In this document: positions 10,843 to 21,600 of the stretch, piece by piece
Numbering within the stretch: the first letter of the stretch is position 1
Layout: each line of letters begins with the position of its first letter
NCBI RefSeq assembly: GCF_025526975.1
Contig: NW_026515678.1
Span: 496,001 to 560,000, forward strand
DNA from: Fimicolochytrium jonesii
Taxonomy: Eukaryota
DNA: 64,000 nucleotides
Direction: 5' to 3'
Program-made: the position numbers and the translations under genes
Notes under the pieces: generated by a model
Told to the model about the DNA's origin: nothing
Database searches by the model: none
What the model saw: only the letters and a program-made list of their open reading frames with translations

Positions 10843-11310
10843 ATGTCCAATAAAGCGCGCATAAGCCCCGTCGAACCCGCCCCGACCCCCTTCCACCGCC
10901 TCACCCAAGCCCTCAACCCCACCGATCGCCCCTGGGCCTGCTCAGCCGACGGGTTCCGCCTCATCCTCCCACACGGCCTTGACCACGCGCGTCGCATAAC
11001 CGAACGTGCCGGCAAAAAAATCGCAGCGGGGTGGGATGGCGTTGTGGTCGTGCCATGGAGTCCCGCGGTGGATATCAGCAGAGTGGCTGCGGCCGCGAAG
11101 ACGGTGGTTGTTGCGGTACCTGCGTTTCTGTGGACGCCGGCGTTTACGAAGTTTGTGGATGCCCAGGAAAATGTTGGGATCTATCGGTTGAAGAGGACGA
11201 GCGTGAGGGGGCATGTACGGACGGAGTTGAGCGAGGTTCAAAAGGGGTTTCTTACCGTTAAGGCCAGCAAACTGTTGACGCGCGGGGGGAATGTACATTA
11301 TATAGAATAG
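10843..11310 (+). CDS. Hypothetical protein, about 155 aa, intronless
   Basis: ATG in AAAATG context; open frame with the same C-rich then G-rich codon pattern as real genes here; no family recognised. Confidence 0.45.
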   Translation: MSNKARISPVEPAPTPFHRLTQALNPTDRPWACSADGFRLILPHGLDHARRITERAGKKIAAGWDGVVVVPWSPAVDISRVAAAAKTVVVAVPAFLWTPAFTKFVDAQENVGIYRLKRTSVRGHVRTELSEVQKGFLTVKASKLLTRGGNVHYIE

Positions 11311-11563
11311 GCGACCGTCGTCATGTGTCCCGGCACTGACACCGGGTGCACAAAGGCGTCCTGCGGCGACCGTACCGAAGGGTTGGGGGAGTGTCAGGGC
11401 GGCGCACTTATATTGGCGATATTCCATTCCCCGAAAGAAGAACGATGGACAGACGGCTTCCTATAGTCCGAGCCAAGGTAAGTAAAATGTCGCCAGCAGC
11501 CCCATCCTTTTCACGTGAGTGCAGAGATGTTCCCCTGTCCAGAAGATGTATGCAAAGGAGTCC

Positions 11564-11822
11564 CGCCTGTACAGGCACGTTCCCTCGGACAAGTGCTAGG
11601 ACGTAAGCGTAAGAGCCTTGCCAGGGTTGCCTGAGTATACAGTCAAACAGTCCCGAGGCCATTGCTGGCCTCCGCCACACATCACCCATGCCAAGTGGGA
11701 GAGACTCGCGCCTATACAGGCACGTTCCCTCGGACAAGTGCCAGGACGTAAGCCAGCCTTGCCAGGGTTGTCCCAGTATACAGTGGGACAGTCCCGAGCC
11801 ATTGCTGACTCCCACACACTCA
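11564..11822. repeat. Imperfect tandem duplication, period about 145 bp (two copies of about 115-120 bp)
   Basis: CGCCT(G/A)TACAGGCACGTTCCCTCGGACAAGTGC(T/C)AGGACGTAAGC...AGCCTTGCCAGGGTTG...AGTATACAGT...ACAGTCCCGAG...CCATTGCTG present at 11564 and again at 11709. Confidence 0.92.
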
Positions 11823-12223
11823 GCAATCACTAGTCAGGTGGGTGAATCAAAGCGCCAGTACTTATCTTTTGGCTTGTCTTCCGCGATGAGATGATTGGCG
11901 CACGCGTTGTTTGGTGGCAAGGACGAGCCGCAGAGTTTTGTTGCGAGTTGCCACTTTGAAGCTAAAGCTTTCCGAGAGGTCCCTTGCCGTGTGAAGGAGA
12001 TGATCAAAATCGCTAAAGCACTCTCCTTCCTGAATGGTGGGGGGTTGTTGAGGTTGCGCTCGTCGGGTTGCTGGTTGCGCGCGATGGGATGCCACATACA
12101 GAACCGACAGTTGGTTCGTGTCCGGACAGCTCGGACATCGCGTTGGTGTCGCGGGCGGCGCGTTTGAACGGCGAACGCCCAACGGCCCCCCAACCGCAAA
12201 CTTTCGCCAGCATCGCACACAGA

Positions 12224-13411
12224 ATGGATCGCCCAGAGTCAGCCTTGAGCGCTGCTGACTTTCTCTCCGAAAATCCAGGCGGCACGAATCACGAATTCCT
12301 GCAGTATCTGGCGGATCTCCGAGCTAAGGAGGTCAAGTACTCGCAAAGGTTGACAGCGGCGGATACCCGCAAGCTCGAACATCATGCCCGCAGACTCAAA
12401 CGTTTGCGTCGACTCGAAAGCACGGTGAGTATCCTTGCTCTTGCAAGCTACCAAGCAGGCTTTCGACTCATTAGACTTTCTAGAGCGAAGCAGATTTCGC
12501 TGCGGCAAAGGCGGAGACTGCAGACCTGCAAACGAAGGCAGCGGATGCCCATCAATCCCTGTCAACACACGTGGCGAGCCTGTCGGCTCCACACAAGACG
12601 CTGATGAATCACGTGTTTGTTGCGATGAATCCCTTGCGGACTGAGTGAACCAATGATGTTTACTATCTCATGCCCTTCGCAATTCTGCCGTTCGTCAGCC
12701 TACGCTACGGGGATGGCGCTTCGGCGGCGGATCGCGACGACAACCGGTTGCGGACGTCAAAGGGGATCGGCAAAAAGGTCGACTACGACTACTTTGTGGG
12801 ATCGCGCGAGCTCGGCGCGGGGGAGAACTCGGGAGATTCCCCCACCAAAGAAAAGGTCAACGGGGATCTCATCGCCACTATCAAGGTGCGAACTCGTCAC
12901 TTTAGAAAGAATCCCCAATACTCACACTTCTTTCACGCTATAGCTGGCGATCAGCCAGATCCGCAAAGTCAAGAAAGAGGTGCTCGCGGATCTCCCTTTG
13001 TCGGATCGCTGCAAAGATGCGACCAACATGGCAGCGATGATCGCCCCTCCTTTTTTTGTTGTGGAACGCCATATGATCCACTTCTTTGTTCTTTGTGAGA
13101 TCGGCAGCGAGATCTTCCCGGTCAAAAAATGCGGAGCGATCCCCTTTGGCTCGGCGCACCAGGATCTCCTGCCCTTTGCGGGGCTTGCCCGGCAATTTTT
13201 GTTGTTCCAGGTGAGGTCCACAGTTCTGTCTGTCTCTCAACCTGCTCTGCTGATCCCATATGTTCATTAGCAATTGGCGATCCAGGCGAGCCCCGCCGCG
13301 GACTCGGCCAAGCTGCGTACGCAGGAGGATCTCGCGCTCCGCTTGCCCGTGCCGGATCACACTTTCGTCCCTGCCTATGCCGTTAGTCGACACGCGGGCG
13401 AGCTGGACTAG
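12224..13411 (+). pseudogene. Four-exon gene for a PD-(D/E)xK (restriction-endonuclease-like, Crinkler C-terminal type) protein with one in-frame TGA
   Basis: Introns 12425-12483, 12886-12943 and 13211-13270 all join in frame. Product has TE*TND..RYGDGASAADR..GKKVDY..ELGAGENSG..DLIATIKLA. Single stop at 12646-12648. Family assignment is by motif resemblance only. Confidence 0.6.
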
Positions 13412-13979
13412 GTTTCTGACGTCTGGGAGGCGCTCAAGTCCATTTCCACGATGCCATGCCGGGCGCCGAGGCGTTACTTGATGCCGAGCCTGTATTAGCC
13501 CCAACAACTAGGTCGGAATGGCATGAGGATTTCGAGGAGGCGAGTGGACCGGGTGCCTCAGAAATGCCACGAGATTGCTGTGAAAAGTGTCAAGCCGACC
13601 GTGCTTAACTTGGCGGTGTATACAATCCCTTTTGAACGTGCCTCGTCCTCTTATGGGGAGGCGGAGGACCTTTGCCGGTCACTCCCATAAAGAAGGATCT
13701 TCTTCTCACCAAGGCCATGAGGAAAGCGAGCGTCCCAATCCCCGGTCCCACGCCCGGCAAACTGAGGCGAGCGGATCCCCCGCAACACGACTCCCCGACG
13801 TGATCCCCGTTTCCCCGCAACGCGGATTCCCTACAGCATTTGATCCCCCACATTATATGATATTTTTTTTTGATATGATAGGGATTTGTTAAATCCACGG
13901 CCTCCATATTAGATCCACGGCTTTCCGAAAAAAATTAGCGCCACGGCCTACATAATTAGGGACACGGCCTGGCATCGCA

Positions 13980-14984
13980 GTGGAAGCTGAATACGGATCT
14001 GAGGGCACGCAGACAGCCTGTGTCCCGATCCTTTTGGGTCTCCTTTCCGTTCTCGGACAATGCGTATCTCGACCGGGCGAAGATGTGGTGCACCTTTCGA
14101 AACCCGAGCTGAGGCACATGCTGGAGCAAATGTGCGATTCGGATATATGGGCTCACGTGTGCCATACTTACGACGCGGACGCCGACCTGCCCAACGACAA
14201 CCTCGAGGAAACCAACGTGCTCCAGATCTCGGTCCAGTGTGGAAGCCAACCCCCACCCGCTTGCGTCCCCAACGGATTCGCTGCTTCCCTCTCCGATCTT
14301 CAACGAGGATCCTTGCTGGACGCGTATCTTGCTGGCCTGATAGATCTCGATGGGCTCAAGGCGACCCGCGACGTATTTGCATCACGGGTCCGCGGGGGCT
14401 GGGTGCAAATAGCACCGTATCACGGCCTTGATATGCATCCATCGTTCGGTTTGATGAAGCCTCAGAAACCCAAAGCCCACATTGCCGCTTGTCTCGTTAA
14501 GACGCTGGTACCAGGGCTGAAATGCGAAACTGGAGAGACCAAGCCCTCGATTGTCACTTCGAAACTTGGGTCTGGCACAGGGTGCGGACAGCAGCCGGAA
14601 GAGACACATTTGATCATCTCCTCGCTCCTCGGACCCGTGACGAAAGGAGACATGGCAACGGTGTTTGCCCCTGAAAACGATCTCACGGTCTCCGGGACAA
14701 CAATGGACCAAAAGCCGCCCGGTAACTCAGCAAGCAAGGACTTTCTGGTCTCTGCTGTAGTGAACCGGATCGCTGTCAGGCAGTGGATGTGCATCTGCAT
14801 CACGGCGCGGGCGGACTTTCTTGAACGTCTAGCAAAGTGTCTGAACATTGAAGTCGCCGTCTTCGACGAACCGGTCACGGCAAAGCCGTTGATCGCGGCA
14901 CTGCTTCTTCTTCACTTCTCCGCAGCCTTACCGATGCCGGCTCCACTTCGCAACTGCAGCGGTGGCGAGACTACCCACCTTTAG
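13980..14984 (+). CDS. Orphan intronless ORF of 334 codons (start uncertain; possibly relic)
   Basis: 1-kb open frame beginning at GTG; first ATG about 46 codons in; no recognisable motif. Confidence 0.35.
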   Translation: MEAEYGSEGTQTACVPILLGLLSVLGQCVSRPGEDVVHLSKPELRHMLEQMCDSDIWAHVCHTYDADADLPNDNLEETNVLQISVQCGSQPPPACVPNGFAASLSDLQRGSLLDAYLAGLIDLDGLKATRDVFASRVRGGWVQIAPYHGLDMHPSFGLMKPQKPKAHIAACLVKTLVPGLKCETGETKPSIVTSKLGSGTGCGQQPEETHLIISSLLGPVTKGDMATVFAPENDLTVSGTTMDQKPPGNSASKDFLVSAVVNRIAVRQWMCICITARADFLERLAKCLNIEVAVFDEPVTAKPLIAALLLLHFSAALPMPAPLRNCSGGETTHL

Positions 14985-17096
14985 CACGTTACCCATTCGT
15001 AATCACGCCCACGCAAGCGGAGTTGCTTACGTCACGCCTGACCGAGATGTTTGACAGTTGAAAAAAGTGTCAACCAGATCAGTTCAGATCCACAAGTTCA
15101 GATTCTACTGTTTTCAATCAAGAAATCCACGCCACTTAGTCGAAAGTAGAATCCATATCCAAACTCAACCCTAATCTCTCGTACAACGTAGCATCAACGG
15201 TCTATGCAGCGCCCGTAAACCGGCCCGTCATGGAGGATACGGGGTATACTAACGAATATGAGGAGCTCCACGCGCAATCGCATCTCGCAGTCGTGTTCGA
15301 GATATCGGACATACACTGAAAGAGGTCCTTCCACCAAAGACCTCCTGCGTCAGAATCAGTTGAAATCGCATGAGCTCAGCAATATGAAAAGAGCCGAAGA
15401 CACTCACTCGATGGGCTTTTCCGTCTCGACACCAAACGCTTTATTGATATGGAACCCAATGCTATCATTCCGGGGTCATGGACCACCGTCCCGCCATCTG
15501 AAACGTTCACACTGGGCAATGGAGTCGTCCTCCTATCTGGGACGACCTACAGGCGGATAGAGGTGCGATCGGGTTGAGAGTCGTCTGTCCGATTATTGTT
15601 GCCACGACAGGGGGTAAAGAGGGGAAAACGGATGATAACGAGAAAGACTAGGCGCAGCACGGGATCCAGTCCGCTGAAGCAACGTTGTCTAAGCCCTTCG
15701 TGGTCAACGTCCTGCCAACAGATTCTGGAAAGAAGGGCGTGTGCACTACCTAGAAGAAGGGACAACGGGACGGCGTTTTGCGGCTTTCCCCGGGGGTCGG
15801 TTACTCAATTAGTGTGAGTAGACTGAGGAGAAGCTGTTCAAGCATTTTATGGCGGAGAACCGTTCGACCACCGTTCTGGCGGATGCCAACTGGTTGGGGA
15901 AAAGTGAGGAGGTTCTCGAGAGAATCTTTTGCGGATATGAGGAAGAAAGAAGGCATTGCTGTACAAGCTCTTTCGAACAAGGACGGGTTAGAGATGAAAG
16001 AGAGAATCGCCTTCTCCGCGGGAACTTCTCGATGTAGGCTTCCGCATCGAAAAGGTCGCGACCGCCATTCGAAGTACGAAACATGACGATTTGGGACTAA
16101 ATGGGTGTACATATATCAGAAATTGCGTGTGTATGCATCGTACGCTCGAGTTGTGTGGCGGTAGTGACAAAGGAAAGAACTCATTATTATATAACATAAT
16201 AAGGAGGACATTGTCATTTAGCCAACTCTTCAAGTTGCGTGCATCAGTACGTTTCATCGGTACAGATCACTATATGTATGAGCGGTTGGCCGCTACCGCT
16301 ACGGAAACGGTCAACGTCCCTTTGCCAGACAGCTAAAATCGGTCTTTCGCCGTGTGCTCGGTCGTACAGTAGTTGAAAGTTCTGATGACGAAGAGACCTG
16401 CTGTTATCCTCTGGATGCCAGCACATCGCAAAACGTTCAAAAGGTCTCTTCAAAAAATTTTGCTTATATGGAGAAATGGACGTCCAAAAGGTAGGCCGTG
16501 ACATGCTATTCGAGAAAGAGATTAAGAGCGTGGACCGACGGTCATCCAGCTTCATAGCACCGGCCGGACTGCACGTTGCCATGGCTGACACAGGCCGTTT
16601 GGAATTCTACGTAACAGAGGGTTCCGAGAGCTGTTCCGTTCCGTCGCTTGAATTGTTGACTTTGACTGCCGTGGCCCGCAGATGTCTGCCTGATGAAGAA
16701 AGAGCAAGGCTCACGCGTCCAGAACCCGCCCGGCCTTTGATCGACAAAACCGATGGCCCCCCAAATTCTAATCATCTGCCTAAACCAACATAGCCAAACG
16801 TTTTCCATCTTTTAGCTGACGCTTGTTTGCCAATCGAGCGTGCTCAAAACGTACGTACGTGAGGACGTGAAGTTCACATCACAAACATAGGAAATTCCCA
16901 CGCCCACAAAACCCTTGCCATTTCTACCTCAGCACCCGCATACTACCTCAAGCGCCGTATCTATCTCTCATTGTTCTTCCGACATCGGAAACCGCTAGGG
17001 AACGGAACGCTTCTAGTGGCACTCCTACGCGTGGTAAACAAGCAACCGTGCCCGTTAGCTCCACAGAGGAACCAATTATCTGCTCGCGCGCCTAGG

Positions 17097-18125
17097 ATGA
17101 GGGAATACAAACTTGTTGTGCTGGGATCCGGAGGTGTGGGAAAGTCAGCTTTGGTATGTTGCCTGGAAATGGACGCGGGGATTGGGGGACGATGGGTGTA
17201 CAAGATGATTCCTTCTGCGGGATTATGCGTGGCAAGAGCACCGCATAGGTGATGAAGCGAGGTGTTTGCAACTTAGGTTGCGGGCATTATTGCAGAGAGG
17301 TCCCGGAGATGACACCCGTAGCTTATACCAGGAAAAGTTGTTCTCCAAACCGTCCCATAACCCCTACTCTGACCTCCTGACTTCTGTTACTGTGGCTCAC
17401 AGACAGTGCAATTCGTCCAATCCATCTTCGTTGAGAAATATGATCCTACAATCGAAGACTCATACCGGAAGCAAGTCGAAGTCGATGGGCAACAGTGCAT
17501 GTTGGAAATTCTTGACACGGCAGGAACAGGTACGTACTGACACACATCGAAAATCTCACCATGATACACCATGTTTCTGATGCGTCGCGAATGAATTTCG
17601 TCGTAGAGCAATTCACGGCGATGCGTGATCTCTACATGAAGAACGGCCAGGGATTCATACTCGTATACAGCATAACATCGCAAGCCACTTTCAGCGATCT
17701 AGTCGAGTTACGGGAGCAAATCTTGCGAGTGAAAGATACCGAGAAGGTGAGATACGGAATTGCGCTGGCTGCCATCACACGCGTAGCTGCTGGGTTTCCG
17801 CTCAATGTTGTTTCCCACGGATTTTCAGGTTCCAATGGTGCTAGTAGGGAATAAATGTGATTTGGAGGACGACAGAGTGGTATCAAGAGATCAAGGGGGC
17901 GGTCTAGCGTCCCAATGGAGCAGCACATTCTTGGAAACGAGTGCACGGAAGAAGATAAATGTCGATGAAGTGTTTTTTGACCTGGTCCGTCAGATCAACC
18001 GGAGTATGCCAGACAAGGTACGGGCTTGGGGTATCATGTCGATGTGAAGGCTAAATCCAAACTGATTGGCAAAATTGTATTCGCAGGACAAGAAGAAAGA
18101 CAAAAAGAAATGCATCATCCTGTAG
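17097..18125 (+). CDS. RAP1: Rap1/Rsr1(Bud1)-type Ras-family small GTPase, 5 exons
   Basis: [39 protein letters not shown] (Rap-specific T61), NKCD, ETSA, polybasic tail and CAAX CIIL. Confidence 0.96.
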
Positions 18126-18641
18126 GAGATATCCTCGCGCGACCTTCCTGTTCAACCCGAATCAGCTCCAACAACCCAAAAGGCCTTTGACCTGATTCTC
18201 TCTCAACGACCGCGCAAAACCATTACTTCTCCAAAAGCAAAGGCGGAACGACACCCACATATGCTTTTGGAGGGTTGTGTGTACTGCGTGACTGTCAAAT
18301 TACTCTAGATACCCGACATTGGGCTTTGCTTGGGGTGTTTTGGGGTGGGAAAGACGATCGATGTAGGACGCGCTGGCCACCGTCCAGGACTCCAGAGACG
18401 TGCCTTTGCGTAGTCTGTTGGTGATTGTGCAATGACTGGCTTCGTTTCCTTAGGATATCGCATCTTACGTTGTTATGTTACCTTTTCCTTTTGTTTGTTT
18501 CGTGATACCAGTGGTATATGTGGAATATCCCGCGTAATAACTATCGCGTTAGCCCGTGTCCCTATCTGAGTCAAAACCTAACTTTACGCCGATGATGAAA
18601 CGAAGAACCGGTAATGAAGCTCCGCAAAAGCAGCTAGTCTA

Positions 18642-21600
18642 TCACTCCCATATCTCAACCCACGCATTCCTAATCAACTGCACAGATTCTTCATTTCCAG
18701 TCTCAAGTCCCCGAAGTCGTTGCAGAACCTGCTTCACCGCCTCCCGGCACGTGGGCGAAATCCTGATACGCCCGGTTTTACTTCGTCGGTCAGCCGTCTG
18801 CGATGAGGCGCTGGTCGTACACTCCAGCAGACGGATTAGACGTTTGATAATCTACGCAGGTCATTGTGAGCATTAAATGAGCCACCAAGATGCGGACAAC
18901 ATATGAAGACGGCTGCCATATGAATGAGCACATACCTGTTTTCTAGTGGAGTCTTCAACTCCTCCATCCCTAGAGAGCATCCGCGGCAACGCAAGCACCA
19001 TCTCGCATCTCGCTCCCTCCCACCATCCCTCCCCGCCATCAACCACAACGCTCATCACATCCTTATCGTCAGCAGCGTCATCCTCACCCTCCACATCCCT
19101 CCCAACAATAATCCCCGCCGCCGCACGCTGCCACGCCATCTCCACGGCTATCCCTATCTCCGCAACGTCTGCATCGCCACCCACCGAAGCAAGCAGCAGA
19201 ATAATGACGTCCATCACAGTGACGACCCATCTCGCCCGCGCGTTCAAGCCGTCCCCACTCCGGCTGGGCGTCATGTTCTCAACACACGTGCACAATGCGT
19301 CGATGGCGGCGCTCCACAGTTTTGGGTTGTCTGGGGAAAGGAGGGCGGTGCGGGTGCTGTGCATGAGGAGAGCGGGAGGGGATGTGAATGAGCTGGAAAA
19401 GTGAGTGGAGAGATGCGTAAGGATGTGCGGGTTCGCGGGTGCGAGTTCAGCGAGGCGGGCCAAAGTGTGTGTCGGGGGTGGGCTGGTGAACGTGGAAATC
19501 AGGTACGAGAGGGCAGCTACGTCGCTGGCGATGCATGTGACCAGGGAGCGGATTGTACGAATTTGATCGGCTGAAGACGGCAATGAGGGAATGTTGGCGT
19601 GAGCGCGGACCAGGACCCGGAGAAGGTCGGAGCGTATTGTTGCCTGGTTGCCATTTGACGCATCCGTGGTGGCTGTGAAATGCGGCAAGATAGCTCTCGA
19701 CAACTGAAGCTGAATATCCTGATGCTCAGCTTTCTGAGTCTCCTTAAAAACCGCTAGGATCGCGCTCTCAAAGATCTGTAGGACTTTGCTTCCCGCCACC
19801 GGTGCAGAAGAAGGAGGGCTGGTCTTCGTGCTGTTCTCCTTCCCAGCATCCTCCTCATCAGGATATAGCCCTCCAAGCTCCAACAATTTCGGTACGCCTT
19901 TTTCGGTCGCAAGCAGTGCATGTGCCTCCAAATCGGATGCATCGCGCGCACGAGCGACAACGTCGGATATCGCAGACAAACAGAAGCCGACCAAGGATCT
20001 CGCAGATGTCGGCGACGCGTGCTTTGCGGCAAAATCCAAGCAAAGAGATTGCATCTCTTGCTTGGGTTGTGCATTTTGCACTTGCTTGATTAGAACCGGG
20101 GTCCAATCGACGGGCGGAAGTGGTACATCCACCTCGATGAGAACTTGCACCATGGTGAGGATACCCTCGGGCGTCGATTTGACGTTGAGGGATCCCGCGA
20201 GTAGATCCCATACACCTTTCAGGTAACTGGACCCAGAATGCAGTCTGTTCAAGTTCGCAGGATCCTTCTTGCTCGCTTGCACTTCACTCGCGGCACCGAC
20301 AACTTCTCTCCGATCGGTGTTTTCCACCCGGCATTCCGAAACGATCAGTCCAAGCACCCACCCCGCCACTCGCGCGATCTTGGGCTCCGGTCCCATGACT
20401 AGCGTCCGCAGTGTATCCGCCGTCCGGCGTAAATCACTTTGATCAGCATCTACATGCGTATCGTGGGAAGCAACACTCCAGTCCATGCCCAGCATAGGAA
20501 CGACGGCCAAAGTGTTCGCAATACGAGCGTTAGCAGACATCGCGGGTGAAGTTAGGAGACTCAGAGTACTGGAAATCGGTTCCTCGACCAGTTGTGGATC
20601 AGTCGCGCGAATCCGAGCTTGGAACGCGCGCGTGTAAGATACAAGCACGTGAGGGTAGCTCGAAGCGAAACTTCGTTTGCCGGCTGCCTTCTGGACGCAT
20701 TGGTGTAGGAGCACTACGATTCTATCGGAATCTTCATCATCCACCCAGTGGTTCTTGACGGCCACTGATAACAACCAGGCCGCTCCTTCTATCGCTGATG
20801 CTCCTTCCGTTTCCGGGATGAGGTCATCCTTGAATTGCGCTAGATGCAGGATACAATCGTGCAACATCTGCTGAACGGACTCCTTCTCTTCGTCATCTGC
20901 TTCGGACATTTGCGCTAAGATCGAAGCCAATCCCATGTAGAATCCGGTTCGAATTGTCATCGGGCTTCCTGCTTCGTAGCACAGATTCTTAGCGGTCGCT
21001 ACTTTCATCTGGCTAGTTCCCGTCATGGCAGCCAGCCCATATGCGGATGCAAACTGGCTCCATTCGTGTTCGTCGTTCTTGGCGCGCACGCCTTGCTCGA
21101 ATACCGCAATAATCCGCTCCGTTCGCGTCTCATCTCTGGATCTGAACGTGTTGGCCAGATGTGCTAACGATATCTTGGCAGCAAACTCTACGTCGTCCCC
21201 ACACTGTACGTCGTTCACTTCCGCAGCTGTATCGCCGCTCAAATACTTGACAATCAGCATATCCACCATACGCGAAGCTTGCTCTGCCGCTTCTGAGAGT
21301 CCTAGCCTTGCAGCTGCCACAATAACTCCAGCGGCAGCTAGGAGGATCGATACCGTTGTAGAGGGAACCCTCGACTCGGCAAGCTGCACATCCAGTAGGT
21401 CTGCCACGAGCGCAACAAAAGTCTCTCCAACATGTTTGATCCGATCCTTCTTCTCCGCTTCCAAGTCTCCCAAAGGAGTACCGTCCCGTTGACGCCTATC
21501 CCCATGAAACTTGAATATCGCGACGAGCGCAGAATCCCAGTACTTTATCCAAGCAGGGATCGCTTCCAGTCTGAGGATCGAGTTGTCACCTAGTGCGAAA

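Noticed and set aside
11769..11834. Helitron 3' end (hairpin followed by CTAG-T)
   Set aside because: Hairpin is about 40 nt from the CTAG rather than about 10-12, and no Rep/helicase remnants were seen
12646..12648. In-frame TGA as evidence of stop-codon reassignment or selenocysteine
   Set aside because: UNC119, eRF1, focadhesin, cullin, ZNG1 and CDC45 all end in TGA; eRF1 has standard TASNIKS/YxCxxxF motifs; the context suggests Trp, not Cys
15400..16336. Viral D5-like primase/helicase relic (FTLGNGVVLL; CGGSDKGKNSLL)
   Set aside because: The P-loop-like string lacks GK[ST], no Walker B or motif C was found, and the frames are broken; too weak to call
17154..17402. Possible C/D snoRNA in the long RAP1 intron 1 (GTGATGA near 17249, CTGA near 17369-17380)
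   Set aside because: No canonical terminal stem and no rRNA-complementary guide that I could recognise; a snoscan search would be needed. This intron also lacks the GA-hairpin motif.
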